NCBI GenBank assembly: GCA_043826435.1
Contig: JBDRQF010000053.1
Span: 38,049 to 102,048 of the forward strand
Direction: 5' to 3'
DNA: 64,000 nt
DNA from: Elusimicrobiota bacterium
GTDB lineage: Bacteria; Elusimicrobiota; Endomicrobiia; CG1-02-37-114; JAHJSO01
Shown: positions 51,102-61,294 of the stretch, piece after piece
Position numbering within the stretch: the first letter of the stretch is position 1
Layout: each line of letters begins with the position of its first letter
The notes under the pieces: model-generated
What the model was told of the DNA's origin: nothing
The model's input: the letters and a program-made list of their open reading frames with translations, nothing else
Databases searched by the model: none
Position numbers and translations under genes: made by a program

Positions 51102-51877
51102 CCGGATTTTTTGAGTCACTATTTTTTGGGTTTATACAGGGTGCGACCGAGTTCCTGCCTGTTTCAAGTTCCGCGCATCTGGTCTTTTCACAGAAATTAT
51201 TCGGATGGCGTACGGACGACATCCTTTTCAACGTCCTGCTGCACCTTGCCACGCTCGGCGCAGTCCTTATTTTTATGAGGAAAGAAATTTTCCGGTTTCT
51301 GGCCGACCGCAGGATACTTGCCAATCTGGTTACAAGCACTCTTGCAACGGCAGCGGTTGTTCTGCCTCTTAAGGGTTTTTTTGAAGGATTTTTTTTAGAC
51401 GAGATACATAGCGGCGGTTTTTTGCTTGTGACGGGGCTTTTGCTTTTTCTGGCTGACAGGCGTCCTGCCGGCAGTCGGCCCGCCGGCCCGTCAAGGAAAA
51501 TAGATGAATTTAAAATATGGGAGGCAGCAATTGTCGGCATTGTACAGGGGATTGCCGTCCTGCCCGGTATATCCCGTTCCGGCGCCACCATTTGCACGGG
51601 AATATTCCTCGGATGGGGCAGGACCGACGCTGCCCTGTATTCATTTATCCTGTCAGTCCCGTCAATCCTCGGCGCAGCGCTGTTAAAAATGAGAGAGACG
51701 CAGGGGCTGTCAAACGCATTTAACTTTTCAATGATTGCAGGGATGGCGGTCGCCCTGATTACGGGGCTCCTGTCTTTAAAACTGCTCATTAGTAATCTCT
51801 CACGGGGCAGGTTAAGGTATTTCGCCTGTTACTGCTGGGTAGTCGGCATGGCAGTTGTATTTTTGGCCCTTAAATGA
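51098..51877 (+). CDS. uppP: Undecaprenyl-diphosphate phosphatase
   Basis: QGATEFLPVSSSAH; PGISRSGAT. Confidence 0.93.
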   Translation: MTGFFESLFFGFIQGATEFLPVSSSAHLVFSQKLFGWRTDDILFNVLLHLATLGAVLIFMRKEIFRFLADRRILANLVTSTLATAAVVLPLKGFFEGFFLDEIHSGGFLLVTGLLLFLADRRPAGSRPAGPSRKIDEFKIWEAAIVGIVQGIAVLPGISRSGATICTGIFLGWGRTDAALYSFILSVPSILGAALLKMRETQGLSNAFNFSMIAGMAVALITGLLSLKLLISNLSRGRLRYFACYCWVVGMAVVFLALK

Positions 51878-52323
51878 AACAGTTGAAACGGTTTGAATTT
51901 TCTGCGGGCGGGGTTGTTGTTGACGGCGACAGGAAGAATAAAAAGGTTCTTATGATAAAGGCAAAAAACCTCGTGGGTGAAATTGTCTGGACGCTGCCCA
52001 AGGGACATGTAGAGAAGAACGAAAACGCCACATCAACCGCAATCAGGGAAGTCCGGGAAGAAACGGGTTACAGGTGCGAAATAACCGGAGTTCTGGACAC
52101 CGTTCAGTACTGGTTCAGATTTGGCGGGAAACTGACTAAAAAAACAGTTAAATGGTTTTTGATGAAACCTGACTCACTGAAGCAGTGTAACAAGCCGGAT
52201 GCCATTGAGGTCGGGTGGTTTAGCAGGCAGAATGCCCTTGCCCACTGCGTTTATGAGTCGGATAAAAAACTTATCCTGTCGGTTTTCAATAATAAAAGGC
52301 GCAAACACCCTGTGCAATATTGA
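51874..52323 (+). CDS. NUDIX hydrolase
   Basis: LPKGHVE..E....AIREVREETG. Confidence 0.9.
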   Translation: MKQLKRFEFSAGGVVVDGDRKNKKVLMIKAKNLVGEIVWTLPKGHVEKNENATSTAIREVREETGYRCEITGVLDTVQYWFRFGGKLTKKTVKWFLMKPDSLKQCNKPDAIEVGWFSRQNALAHCVYESDKKLILSVFNNKRRKHPVQY

Positions 52324-52434
52324 ACATAGGGATGTACTAATATAAGAATCATGTTGCACGCAACAAGGATACAAAAATGAGCACATATAGCCGAGATACA
52401 AAAGTTTCTGTCTATGCGTAATAAAACGCTCAAC

Positions 52435-53928
52435 ATGGATACAAAAATTGCCGAGTATCAGCCGGTGATAGGACTTGAGGTCCATGTACAGTTAAAAACA
52501 AATTCCAAGATGTTTTGCTCGTGCCCGACCGTGTTCGGGGCGATTCCCAATACAAATATATGCCCCGTATGCACGGGCCAGCCGGGCGTCCTGCCCGTTG
52601 CAAACAGAAAGGCGGTTGAACTTTCTATCAAAACAGCCCTTGCACTTGGCTGCACAATAAATAATTTATCAATTTTTGCGCGGAAGAATTATTTTTACCC
52701 TGATTTGCCCAAGAATTATCAGATTTCGCAATATGAGTCACCTTTTGGTATGGACGGTGTCCTGGAGATAGACATTCATGGCAAGGCAAAAAAAATCAGA
52801 ATAAAGAGAGTGCACCTTGAAGAGGATACGGGTAAACTTCTTCATTCCATTGGCTCCACTGAACTTGATTACTCTTTGATTGATTTTAACCGTAGCGGGC
52901 TACCGCTCCTTGAGATTGTGACCGAACCGGACATTACCTCCCCCGAAGAGGCATGGTCGTATCTTACAGGGTTGAGAAACCTTTTGAGATATATAGATGT
53001 TTCTGATTGTGACATGGAAAAGGGTTCATTCAGGTGTGATGCGAATATATCTGTCCGGGACAGTGCGATGGCTGATACCGGCAAATTAGGTATAAAAACA
53101 GAAATAAAAAACCTGAATTCATTCAAGGCGGTAAAAGATGCCCTGGGTTACGAAATCAATAGGCAGGTAAAACAACTTAAAGCAGGCAAAGAGGTTGTGC
53201 AGGAAACCCTGCTGTGGAATGACAGACAGGGCAGGACGGAGTCAATGCGTACAAAAGAGTCCGCCCATGATTACAGGTATTTCCCCGAGCCGGACCTGCC
53301 GCCGTTTGAGTTCAGCGGAAATTTACTGGAGAAACTAAAAGGGGAACTCCCCGAACTGCCTCATCAGAGAAAAAAGAGATTTATCAGCGAATACCTGCTC
53401 ACTGACTATGACGCAGATGTCCTCACATCCGCCAAAGGACTGGCCGACTATTTTGAGTCAGGCGTTAATGAGGCGAAGGACAGCGTCCCTCCTGACGCTT
53501 CGCTAAAGTTTGCAAAGCCGTTCGCCAACTGGGTGAACACGGAACTCACCGGCCGGCTAAATGCGAGGGGGCAGACCATAGAGGGATGCAGTGTTTCCGC
53601 AGGGTATCTTGCCCGGCTGGTAGTTATGGTGTGTGAAGAAAAGATTTCAAACAATATTGCCAAGCAGGTTCTGGACGATATGTTTGAGACAGGCAGAAAA
53701 CCCGAGGAAATAATACAGGAGAAAGGGTTGACGCAGATTTCAGACGAAAAAGAGATATCAGGACTCATAGATAAGGTTATTGAAGAAAACCCCATCCCCG
53801 TTGAAGAATACAGGGGCGGGAAAAAACAGGCGCTCGGAGCGCTTGTTGGTGCAGTGATGAAAAAATCCGGTGGCCGCGCCAACCCGCAAATGGTGAACAG
53901 AATTTTGCGTACAAAACTTGGCGGCTGA
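52435..53928 (+). CDS. gatB: Asp/Glu-tRNA amidotransferase subunit B
   Basis: [30 protein letters not shown]. Confidence 0.96.
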   Translation: MDTKIAEYQPVIGLEVHVQLKTNSKMFCSCPTVFGAIPNTNICPVCTGQPGVLPVANRKAVELSIKTALALGCTINNLSIFARKNYFYPDLPKNYQISQYESPFGMDGVLEIDIHGKAKKIRIKRVHLEEDTGKLLHSIGSTELDYSLIDFNRSGLPLLEIVTEPDITSPEEAWSYLTGLRNLLRYIDVSDCDMEKGSFRCDANISVRDSAMADTGKLGIKTEIKNLNSFKAVKDALGYEINRQVKQLKAGKEVVQETLLWNDRQGRTESMRTKESAHDYRYFPEPDLPPFEFSGNLLEKLKGELPELPHQRKKRFISEYLLTDYDADVLTSAKGLADYFESGVNEAKDSVPPDASLKFAKPFANWVNTELTGRLNARGQTIEGCSVSAGYLARLVVMVCEEKISNNIAKQVLDDMFETGRKPEEIIQEKGLTQISDEKEISGLIDKVIEENPIPVEEYRGGKKQALGALVGAVMKKSGGRANPQMVNRILRTKLGG

Positions 53929-53958
53929 CAAAGATTTTATAAACGACATACGAATGGT

Positions 53959-54077
53959 TGTCATTGCGAGGAGCGTTAGCGACGAAGCAATCTCATAAGA
54001 CAAGGGGATTGCTTCGGCTTCGCCTCGCAATGACAGAGTGAACAAGGGGATTGCTTTGGCTGCGCCTCGCAATGACA
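53959..54077. repeat. Palindromic repeat cluster 5 (3 units)
   Basis: One forward and two reverse units after gatB. Confidence 0.9.
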
Positions 54078-54136
54078 ATTCGATTACACTGGTACCCAAT
54101 CGCCATATCCTGGTTCCGGCTGTGCCAAAAAACACC

Positions 54137-54164
54137 TTGACAAAGTCAAAAAAATCATTATAAT
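54137..54164 (+). promoter_or_regulatory. sigma70 promoter TTGACA-16-TATAAT with palindrome TTGAC-aaa-GTCAA over the -35
   Basis: Read directly upstream of the 54235 gene. Confidence 0.6.
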
Positions 54165-54234
54165 AATAATGGGTTGTGGGTAGAAAAAACATAAAGTATG
54201 AAGCGTAGTTGAATTTTTTAAGGGGGCTTTAAAA

Positions 54235-55080
54235 ATGGCTTTCAAAATGAAAGGAAGGGTATTGTTTTCGCTAAAAATTATTATTTTATTCTGCTGGATA
54301 GGGGTACATCCCGCATCTTTATTATTCAGTCAAAACAATTATCAGGACTTTGATTACCAGGAGATAAAATACTATTCAGCCAAACAGGAAATTCCTGCCA
54401 GGATAATTGAGAAACTTTCAAGAGGCGGCAAAGAAGTCATACCCGACTTGTGCTATACCTTTGCAAAAGTTGATTGGATAGAATACGACGAAGTTTCCGC
54501 CGGCCAGCCATTAGGGGAAGGGCTGATAAAGATTCTTGAGAGTATTGCAAGAAACAGGCCTGATTCAATCCCTGAATTTAACAACCAACTGAAGAAACCG
54601 TCATTTGCGGTAAGGAGAGGAGTGCTTTCGGTCCTCCTCAATGCAGAAATAACCGACCCGGAACTAATAGACGGGCTCGGGGTTGTAATAAAGGACAATA
54701 ACAAGCAAGTGCGTGTCAGGGCTATCCGTATTTTAAACCGGATGACGGATAAACGCGTCGTGCCTGTCCTTAAAGCAGCACGGGAGAGAGAGCAGAACAG
54801 TGTCTTAAGAATTGAGGCGTCAGCCGGGCTTGCAAAACATAACGATGCGGCTGGCAGAAAAAATATTCTTGACGGTTTAAAAGACGCTGACTGGAGAATA
54901 AGAGAATCATCGGCAATATGGCTCAGAGAAATAAAAACGCAATGGTCGCAGGAAGCCCTTGTCAACGCCCTTAAGACAGAAAAGGTAAATATTGTCCGGG
55001 GAGCCATTGTCGGAAGTTTGCAGCGACTTACGGGTAAAACAGAGCATCAGGTCAGACAACTTTACGATAAAAGAAAGTGA
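54235..55080 (+). CDS. Exported HEAT-repeat protein
   Basis: Hydrophobic N-terminus; D.NKQVRVRA, DADWRIRESSA and VRGAIVGSL repeats. Confidence 0.75.
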   Translation: MAFKMKGRVLFSLKIIILFCWIGVHPASLLFSQNNYQDFDYQEIKYYSAKQEIPARIIEKLSRGGKEVIPDLCYTFAKVDWIEYDEVSAGQPLGEGLIKILESIARNRPDSIPEFNNQLKKPSFAVRRGVLSVLLNAEITDPELIDGLGVVIKDNNKQVRVRAIRILNRMTDKRVVPVLKAAREREQNSVLRIEASAGLAKHNDAAGRKNILDGLKDADWRIRESSAIWLREIKTQWSQEALVNALKTEKVNIVRGAIVGSLQRLTGKTEHQVRQLYDKRK

Positions 55081-58000
55081 ATAATAAAAATGTAACAAAA
55101 TCAGTGCTGTTGTTTCTTGCCCTGTATTTTCTTGCCGGTAATTCTTACCTTTTTGCAAAATACATAAAGGTGTATTATATAAGAACAGAAAACAGGTATG
55201 GCAACTGCGTGTATGTAGAATTGCCGAACGGCAAAAATATATTGTATGACGGCGGAAATGAAGATGCGACCCCATCTCTTTTAAGCAATTTTCTTGATAG
55301 TAAAATAGGCGCAGGCGGGGTGATATGGTTTATGGTTTTAACCCATGCCCACTCCGACCACTTGTATGGTTTGAATATGGCCCTTGACCGCTATGACGTG
55401 AAATATGCGTATGATACAAAGTTTAACTACAGTTCTGGTATCTATGATGACTGGAAAACAAAAATAGCGAATGAGGGTTGCTCCTATTATGAGGTTATTG
55501 CTACCACTGCGTCAAACACAACTGCCGTCCTGAGCGGCCCCGGGACGAACGTCGGCGTTTCAGAACTCGGTTCTTATGGCTGGGATTCTGATGTCAGGGT
55601 AAAGGTGATAGGAGGGAAAGAAAGCACAAGCGACGACAATCCCAACGGTAGGAGCATGGTTTTCAAACTTTCATTGGGTTCAAGCACATTCCATTTCGGC
55701 GGGGATTCAACCGGCCCGGGGTCATCAAACCAGGAGGCATGGTATATTCAATATTATCCGAATGATACAAGAGCAGACGTTTATTTAGTGCATCACCACG
55801 GCGGAGGCAATGACACCGGCAACCCGCTCCTTGATCAGATGGATGCGAAGTACTCCGTTATCCAGCCGGGGAATTATGATACCAGTTCCGCTGATACAAA
55901 CCTAAAAGTAGAAACAATGCAACGGTTGGTTGACCACAAAGTTATTATTTACCGCACAGACCTTGACTTCAATGTAACAGTTATTGCCGATGAAAAAGGA
56001 AATTACAATATAAACCGTGAACATGTATGGGGCAGTGATGGTTTAAGCACATCCCACCCGTGGGCATATCCTCCGCCGTCAATCCCCCAGAGTTTAACCG
56101 TTACAGGTGTTAGTGATAACGATGTCTCACTTAACTGGGCTGACAACCCCGGTGGTGACGGCGTGATATATTACGATGTTTTTTTCTCAACTATGGATAG
56201 CGGAGACACTATCGGCGGCACGCTCAGCCAGCCGGACGACGGCAACCCACCGAACGCATACTGCACAACAGGTATATACCGTCTGAACCTGAGCACTGGT
56301 CTTTCTCTGCACACCATTACAGGCCTTATAGCAGGAAAACCATATTATTCGCGCGTTAGTGCGGTAAACCAGTACGGTTATGAGAGAAGGTATTCAAACC
56401 AGGTCAGCACATCCACGACAGGAGGCGATGTCACACCACCATCAGCAATTACAAATCTATCGGCACTTACGGGGACACAGCACGGACAGATAGACCTCAC
56501 ATGGACGGCACCTGGCGATGATGGGACAACAGGTACGGCGGCATCATATGTCCTGAAATATGCAACATTTACGATTGATTCCGAGGCGACGTTTGATTCG
56601 GCATCAACCTATTCACAGGAATGGGACCCCCTGCCTTTCGGTCAGACGGAAGCAAAGAGCGTCGGCGGCCTGACATCTGGGACGACCTATTATTTTGGAA
56701 TTAGGGCAAGGGATGACGTAAACCTGTATGGAGGACTCTCAAACGCGCCCGTCTTTGCGCGGGCTTTTACTGACAGTATAGCCCCGTCGGCAATAACAAA
56801 CCTCTCTGCACTCACGGGGTCAGAGCGGGGCAGGATTGACCTTAAATGGACTTCTCCCGGCGACGACGGTAATACAAACCCGCTTAACCCCGGCTATTTC
56901 CGTATTGATTATTCAACTTATTCTGGTAAAAACTGGGTTTATACCTCATATAAAATTCAAATCTCCACTACAAACGTAAACCCGGGAAGTTCGCAGTTAT
57001 ATACTGTCACAGGGCTTTCAGACGGTGTAACATATTATCTTCGCCTCTGGTGTGGTGATGAAACACCCAACTGGTCATTAATTTCCAATGGTGCAACCAC
57101 ATGGGCGCAGGTTATAACTGATTTTGTCCCGCCCAGCGCTATAACCAACCTGGTAGCAACGACCGGTTCAAACAACGGAGAGATAAATTTGACATGGACA
57201 GCGGTTGGAGATGACGGAACAACCGGCAATGCTGCGGGTTATCTGGTGAAGTATGCTACATATCAGATTCTGAATAATTCGGATTTTATCAGGGCAACGA
57301 CCTTTCAGCAGGACTGGACACCGGTAGCACCGAGAAATACAGAATCAAAAATAATAGGAGGTCTTACCGCCGGCGTTACCTATTATTTTTCAATTAAAAC
57401 ACATGATGAAATTCCCAATTATGCTTCCATTTCAAATACAGGTGCAAACTTTGCAAGAGCAAAGGTCTCGCCAAGAACACTTCTTTTTACAGACGAGGCC
57501 CCATCTTCCCCAAAACCAATATCAGCGCTTGCAGGTATTACCTATAAGAGTACAACCGAGTGGGCGGCAAAGTCCGCTAAGGAAGAATTACTTGAGCCAA
57601 ACGATGTTACTCTAACGGTTCTGAGTGCCGGAACAGGCCATTACGGACAGAGAAGTTTTGTTACACCGGAACTGTCAACCCAGACATTTCTTTCAGGAAC
57701 ATGGACATTCAAGATATGGGGTGCAGAGCAATTTCTTACTAACAATGCACAATGGACAGTTGAAGCATATTTATTAAAGACAGATGGAACGAAAGGCACA
57801 GTCATAGTAAACGCCGCAGCCGAGGGGACAAGAACGCCAGAACCCTCTTCCGCTGGGACGGTCGAAGAACTCACGCTGAATTATAATGTCCCGTCAAGTA
57901 TAAATGTCTCGGAAGGGCAGAAACTTGTTGTTGAAGTAATACTTTACCATGGTGCAGCACCAACTGGCGACTGGGATAAATTCTACTATAATTCTACTGG

Positions 58001-60506
58001 ATATAAAAGCAGGGTGATATTGCCTTTTACACCTGTCTGGCTTGACACAAGCGATGACACGCCCCCAGCAGCAATAGCCAACCTCACTATAACTGAGGGG
58101 CAGTACCACGGAGGACTCAAACTTACCTGGACTGCGCCCGGGGACGACGGTAACACAGGACAGGCGTCTGGCTATGAAGTTAGATATGCAACATATCAGA
58201 TAACCGATTCAAATTATGGGTCTGTTGATACATATAGCCAGACATGGACGCCACTCTCTGCAGGGAACACAGAGACCAAAAATATAACAGGTTTTACTCC
58301 GGGCACGACATATTACATTGCTATAAAATCATATGACGATAAAACCAACTGGTCTGGTTTATCAAACACAGACACAAATTATGGCCCTGCAGGCATAGAC
58401 AATGTGCCGCCAGGTGCAATAACAAACCTGTCAGCACAGACAGGGAGTGACAGCGGCGAGGTTAATCTGACATGGTGCGCCCCGGCTGATGACGGCGGGA
58501 ACAATTCTTTTGGCAAATATGAAGTCCGCTATGCAACATACAGCGTTCAGTTAAGCACAACGCCAACATGGTGGAATAATAACGGCGCTAATGTGCGGTG
58601 GTTCTACAACCCCCTGGATGCAGGGAAAACGGAAACAAGGGTCGTAACCGGCCTAACCCCAGGGAATACATATTATTTTGCCGCAAAGGTTTACGATTCA
58701 AGACCCAACATTTCAGATATTGATAAAAATGCATGGAACTGGACAACACAGGCATGGGCGAGGGCGCAGACAGACATTGTACCACCTGCAACCGTCAACA
58801 CCCTGACAGCACTGCCCGGCTCAGGTGCGGGTTCAATACAACTGCAATGGATAGCGGTTGGTGATGACGGAACCACAGGGAATGCAACGAAATATCTTGT
58901 CCATTATTCCACAATAAGCAACATACTTTCAGAGAGCGCCTTTAATGCTGCAAATGTTTACGGGCAGCTCTGGACACCTGAACCCCCAGGGGGACAGGAA
59001 GCCAGAATCATAACCAACCTTACACCCGGCGTTACATACTACTGGGCAATAAGGGCAGTTGACGAGGTGGACAACCGCTCACCAATATGGACAAACGCCA
59101 ACACCAACTGGACTTATGCTAAACCGAATGTTAATGTGCTGTATTTCAGGAATAACAATGCCGAAGAGCCGATGCCAAATGCACTGCAGTCAAACCCGCC
59201 GTATGTATCTAATGAAGACACTACAGAAAATCCACCTCTGCCAGCAAGGACAGCAGAGATCTCGCTTGCAGAAGCGGATACAACGGTAGCATATACGGCA
59301 AAAACCAGGACCACTGTCGGATACACACCGGTTAGGATATTCGTTACACCTCCGCTTGCAGCCCAGTCAGCTCCTTCAGGCAACTACACCTTTTATTCCT
59401 GGGGGGAAAATAGTGGTGCTACCACTGATTCAAGACCTGGCATCCACGCCTATTTGTGGAGGGCGACTGACAATTACGGAGTCAGCATAGGAACCGGTTT
59501 GGGCGCTGAGTTCACGTTTAGCGGCCCGAACGTACAGTCATACACCATATCAGGCCCTGCGATGACTATAAACCAGGGTGATAGAATTTGCTTTGAATAC
59601 AGGGTGGATTATATAAGGAGCGGAAGTTACAGCCATAATTCATACTACGGCGGCCCGTCATACCCGAGCAGGGCAGTCCTTCCGTGGGCACCGTCCTGGT
59701 ACACGGTTGGCGGCGATACGACCCCGCCTGCGGCAGTAGCGAACCTGTCTGCAATCAGGGGCGGTTCCGAGGGGACAATAGCCATATCATGGACTGCCCC
59801 GGGTGATGACGGAAACGGCGGTGGCCTTGCATCCGCCTATTTACTTAAATATGCTACTTACAATATCACATCTGAAACACTATTCAATCAGGCGAGTGAG
59901 TGGTCACAGACATGGACACCGTTAGAGCCCGGCCAGACAGAGTCAAAGACAATCGACCCCCTTACAGCAGGCGTTACATATTATTTTTCTATAAAGGCCC
60001 GCGATGAAGTGCCGAACTGGGCTGCCCTGTCAAACACTGCTTTTTCACCGGCAAAAGAAGCAGGGCCTGCAGGTCCCAGTTTAGGTGTGAGTATTGACAT
60101 TACGAACTATGATTTTAACATGTTGCAGGTAGGTATATCGTCAATAACGGCAAGCAGCGCCACGGTTACGAACAATGGGGATTTAACCGCTAACTGGACA
60201 ATAAGGGCGACGACCAATACAGCCGGCACACCCTGGCAACTTTCGTCTTCAGCCGATACAGACAAATTTATTCTGTGGTCTGTGTTTAATTCCACCAGAC
60301 CTGTTGAGTCCGATTTCGGCGATGAAGACAAATTATCATACAACTATCAGGTGTGCACATCAACATATTTTGCCGCCAATCAGGCGGGGACATCGGTGCC
60401 TGTCGGAGAGAACCGTGTGTACTGGTGGAAGATACAGATGCCGTCGGTAAGCAATACGGCGGAGCAACAGTCAATATTGATAGAGATAAACGCAGAAGCG
60501 CCATAG
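55077..60506 (+). CDS. 1809-aa secreted protein: ComEC-like MBL hydrolase, 8 FN3-like repeats, 2 unknown domains, C-terminal subunit-like domain
   Basis: Signal peptide; THAHSDH, GGDS, HHHGG, IYRTD; seven W(T/C/I)(A/S)(P/V)(G/A)DDG repeats plus one divergent FN3. Confidence 0.8.
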   Translation: MNNKNVTKSVLLFLALYFLAGNSYLFAKYIKVYYIRTENRYGNCVYVELPNGKNILYDGGNEDATPSLLSNFLDSKIGAGGVIWFMVLTHAHSDHLYGLNMALDRYDVKYAYDTKFNYSSGIYDDWKTKIANEGCSYYEVIATTASNTTAVLSGPGTNVGVSELGSYGWDSDVRVKVIGGKESTSDDNPNGRSMVFKLSLGSSTFHFGGDSTGPGSSNQEAWYIQYYPNDTRADVYLVHHHGGGNDTGNPLLDQMDAKYSVIQPGNYDTSSADTNLKVETMQRLVDHKVIIYRTDLDFNVTVIADEKGNYNINREHVWGSDGLSTSHPWAYPPPSIPQSLTVTGVSDNDVSLNWADNPGGDGVIYYDVFFSTMDSGDTIGGTLSQPDDGNPPNAYCTTGIYRLNLSTGLSLHTITGLIAGKPYYSRVSAVNQYGYERRYSNQVSTSTTGGDVTPPSAITNLSALTGTQHGQIDLTWTAPGDDGTTGTAASYVLKYATFTIDSEATFDSASTYSQEWDPLPFGQTEAKSVGGLTSGTTYYFGIRARDDVNLYGGLSNAPVFARAFTDSIAPSAITNLSALTGSERGRIDLKWTSPGDDGNTNPLNPGYFRIDYSTYSGKNWVYTSYKIQISTTNVNPGSSQLYTVTGLSDGVTYYLRLWCGDETPNWSLISNGATTWAQVITDFVPPSAITNLVATTGSNNGEINLTWTAVGDDGTTGNAAGYLVKYATYQILNNSDFIRATTFQQDWTPVAPRNTESKIIGGLTAGVTYYFSIKTHDEIPNYASISNTGANFARAKVSPRTLLFTDEAPSSPKPISALAGITYKSTTEWAAKSAKEELLEPNDVTLTVLSAGTGHYGQRSFVTPELSTQTFLSGTWTFKIWGAEQFLTNNAQWTVEAYLLKTDGTKGTVIVNAAAEGTRTPEPSSAGTVEELTLNYNVPSSINVSEGQKLVVEVILYHGAAPTGDWDKFYYNSTGYKSRVILPFTPVWLDTSDDTPPAAIANLTITEGQYHGGLKLTWTAPGDDGNTGQASGYEVRYATYQITDSNYGSVDTYSQTWTPLSAGNTETKNITGFTPGTTYYIAIKSYDDKTNWSGLSNTDTNYGPAGIDNVPPGAITNLSAQTGSDSGEVNLTWCAPADDGGNNSFGKYEVRYATYSVQLSTTPTWWNNNGANVRWFYNPLDAGKTETRVVTGLTPGNTYYFAAKVYDSRPNISDIDKNAWNWTTQAWARAQTDIVPPATVNTLTALPGSGAGSIQLQWIAVGDDGTTGNATKYLVHYSTISNILSESAFNAANVYGQLWTPEPPGGQEARIITNLTPGVTYYWAIRAVDEVDNRSPIWTNANTNWTYAKPNVNVLYFRNNNAEEPMPNALQSNPPYVSNEDTTENPPLPARTAEISLAEADTTVAYTAKTRTTVGYTPVRIFVTPPLAAQSAPSGNYTFYSWGENSGATTDSRPGIHAYLWRATDNYGVSIGTGLGAEFTFSGPNVQSYTISGPAMTINQGDRICFEYRVDYIRSGSYSHNSYYGGPSYPSRAVLPWAPSWYTVGGDTTPPAAVANLSAIRGGSEGTIAISWTAPGDDGNGGGLASAYLLKYATYNITSETLFNQASEWSQTWTPLEPGQTESKTIDPLTAGVTYYFSIKARDEVPNWAALSNTAFSPAKEAGPAGPSLGVSIDITNYDFNMLQVGISSITASSATVTNNGDLTANWTIRATTNTAGTPWQLSSSADTDKFILWSVFNSTRPVESDFGDEDKLSYNYQVCTSTYFAANQAGTSVPVGENRVYWWKIQMPSVSNTAEQQSILIEINAEAP

Positions 60507-60518
60507 AACACATAGGGC

Positions 60519-60554
60519 TGTCATTGCGAGGAACAAAGAGACGAAGCAATCTCA
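60519..60554. repeat. Palindromic repeat cluster 6 (single unit)
   Basis: tgtcattgcgagg..gacgaagcaatctc. Confidence 0.85.
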
Positions 60555-60694
60555 TGAAATATAAATGTTCAACAACACAAGAGCCAACCTGGCAAAAAGG
60601 GGGTGAAAAAGAGATGAAAGAAATGAGAAAGTTAAGATTAGCAGGATGTAGAGAAGCAAGTATGCCTAAAAGGCAAAAAGGAGGCGAAAAAGCA

Positions 60695-61294
60695 ATGGAA
60701 AAAGTGATGAAAAAATTAGGTTTGATTCTGGTTGCGCTGTTTTTTGTTTGCGGCGGTGTTTTTGCTGCTGACTGGGGAGACAGTTTCACGATAACCCTGA
60801 CGCCGTCAGGGGACAGGGGAGTGATAATAAGCACGGACACTGCAATAGCGCTGGGCGATTTAGCGACGGGTACGACGATTACACACCCGTTTTCTATTCC
60901 AGTGACCTCTACCGGCAGTATCTCGGGGATTGAATACACAATCAATGGCGGTACTTTAAGTGTGACGTCCACGCTTTCTGCCGATGGTCATGCAGACAGC
61001 GATGATGAGTTAGCCCTTTTTGTGCTGTTTCAGGACACAGCGCCGGCCAGCACCGGGTGGGAAGCGGTCAATACTACGACGAACCTGGTGACGTTTTCAG
61101 CGAAGCAGGTTGGTGATACATCTTCTTCCTGGACGAGTTTTGAGGGAGACAACACAGCACCGGGGACTAATATGGATAGCCTTGCTTTGAATGTGAAGAG
61201 ATATCTGTGGTTCAGGGTAAAGTCGCCGTTGTCATGGACTTCGGGGGGTACACAGACGATAACCGTAACGGTTACGGCAGAAGCAGCGAACTGA
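60695..61294 (+). CDS. Small secreted Thr/Ser-rich beta protein, putative fibre subunit
   Basis: AAGGAGG SD; signal peptide ending GVFA; similar to the C-terminal domain of the upstream giant protein. Confidence 0.7.
   Translation: MEKVMKKLGLILVALFFVCGGVFAADWGDSFTITLTPSGDRGVIISTDTAIALGDLATGTTITHPFSIPVTSTGSISGIEYTINGGTLSVTSTLSADGHADSDDELALFVLFQDTAPASTGWEAVNTTTNLVTFSAKQVGDTSSSWTSFEGDNTAPGTNMDSLALNVKRYLWFRVKSPLSWTSGGTQTITVTVTAEAAN

Noticed and set aside
60353..60613. Upstream extension of the 313-aa ORF
   Set aside because: It overlaps the giant gene and a palindromic repeat; the SD and signal peptide point to 60695.
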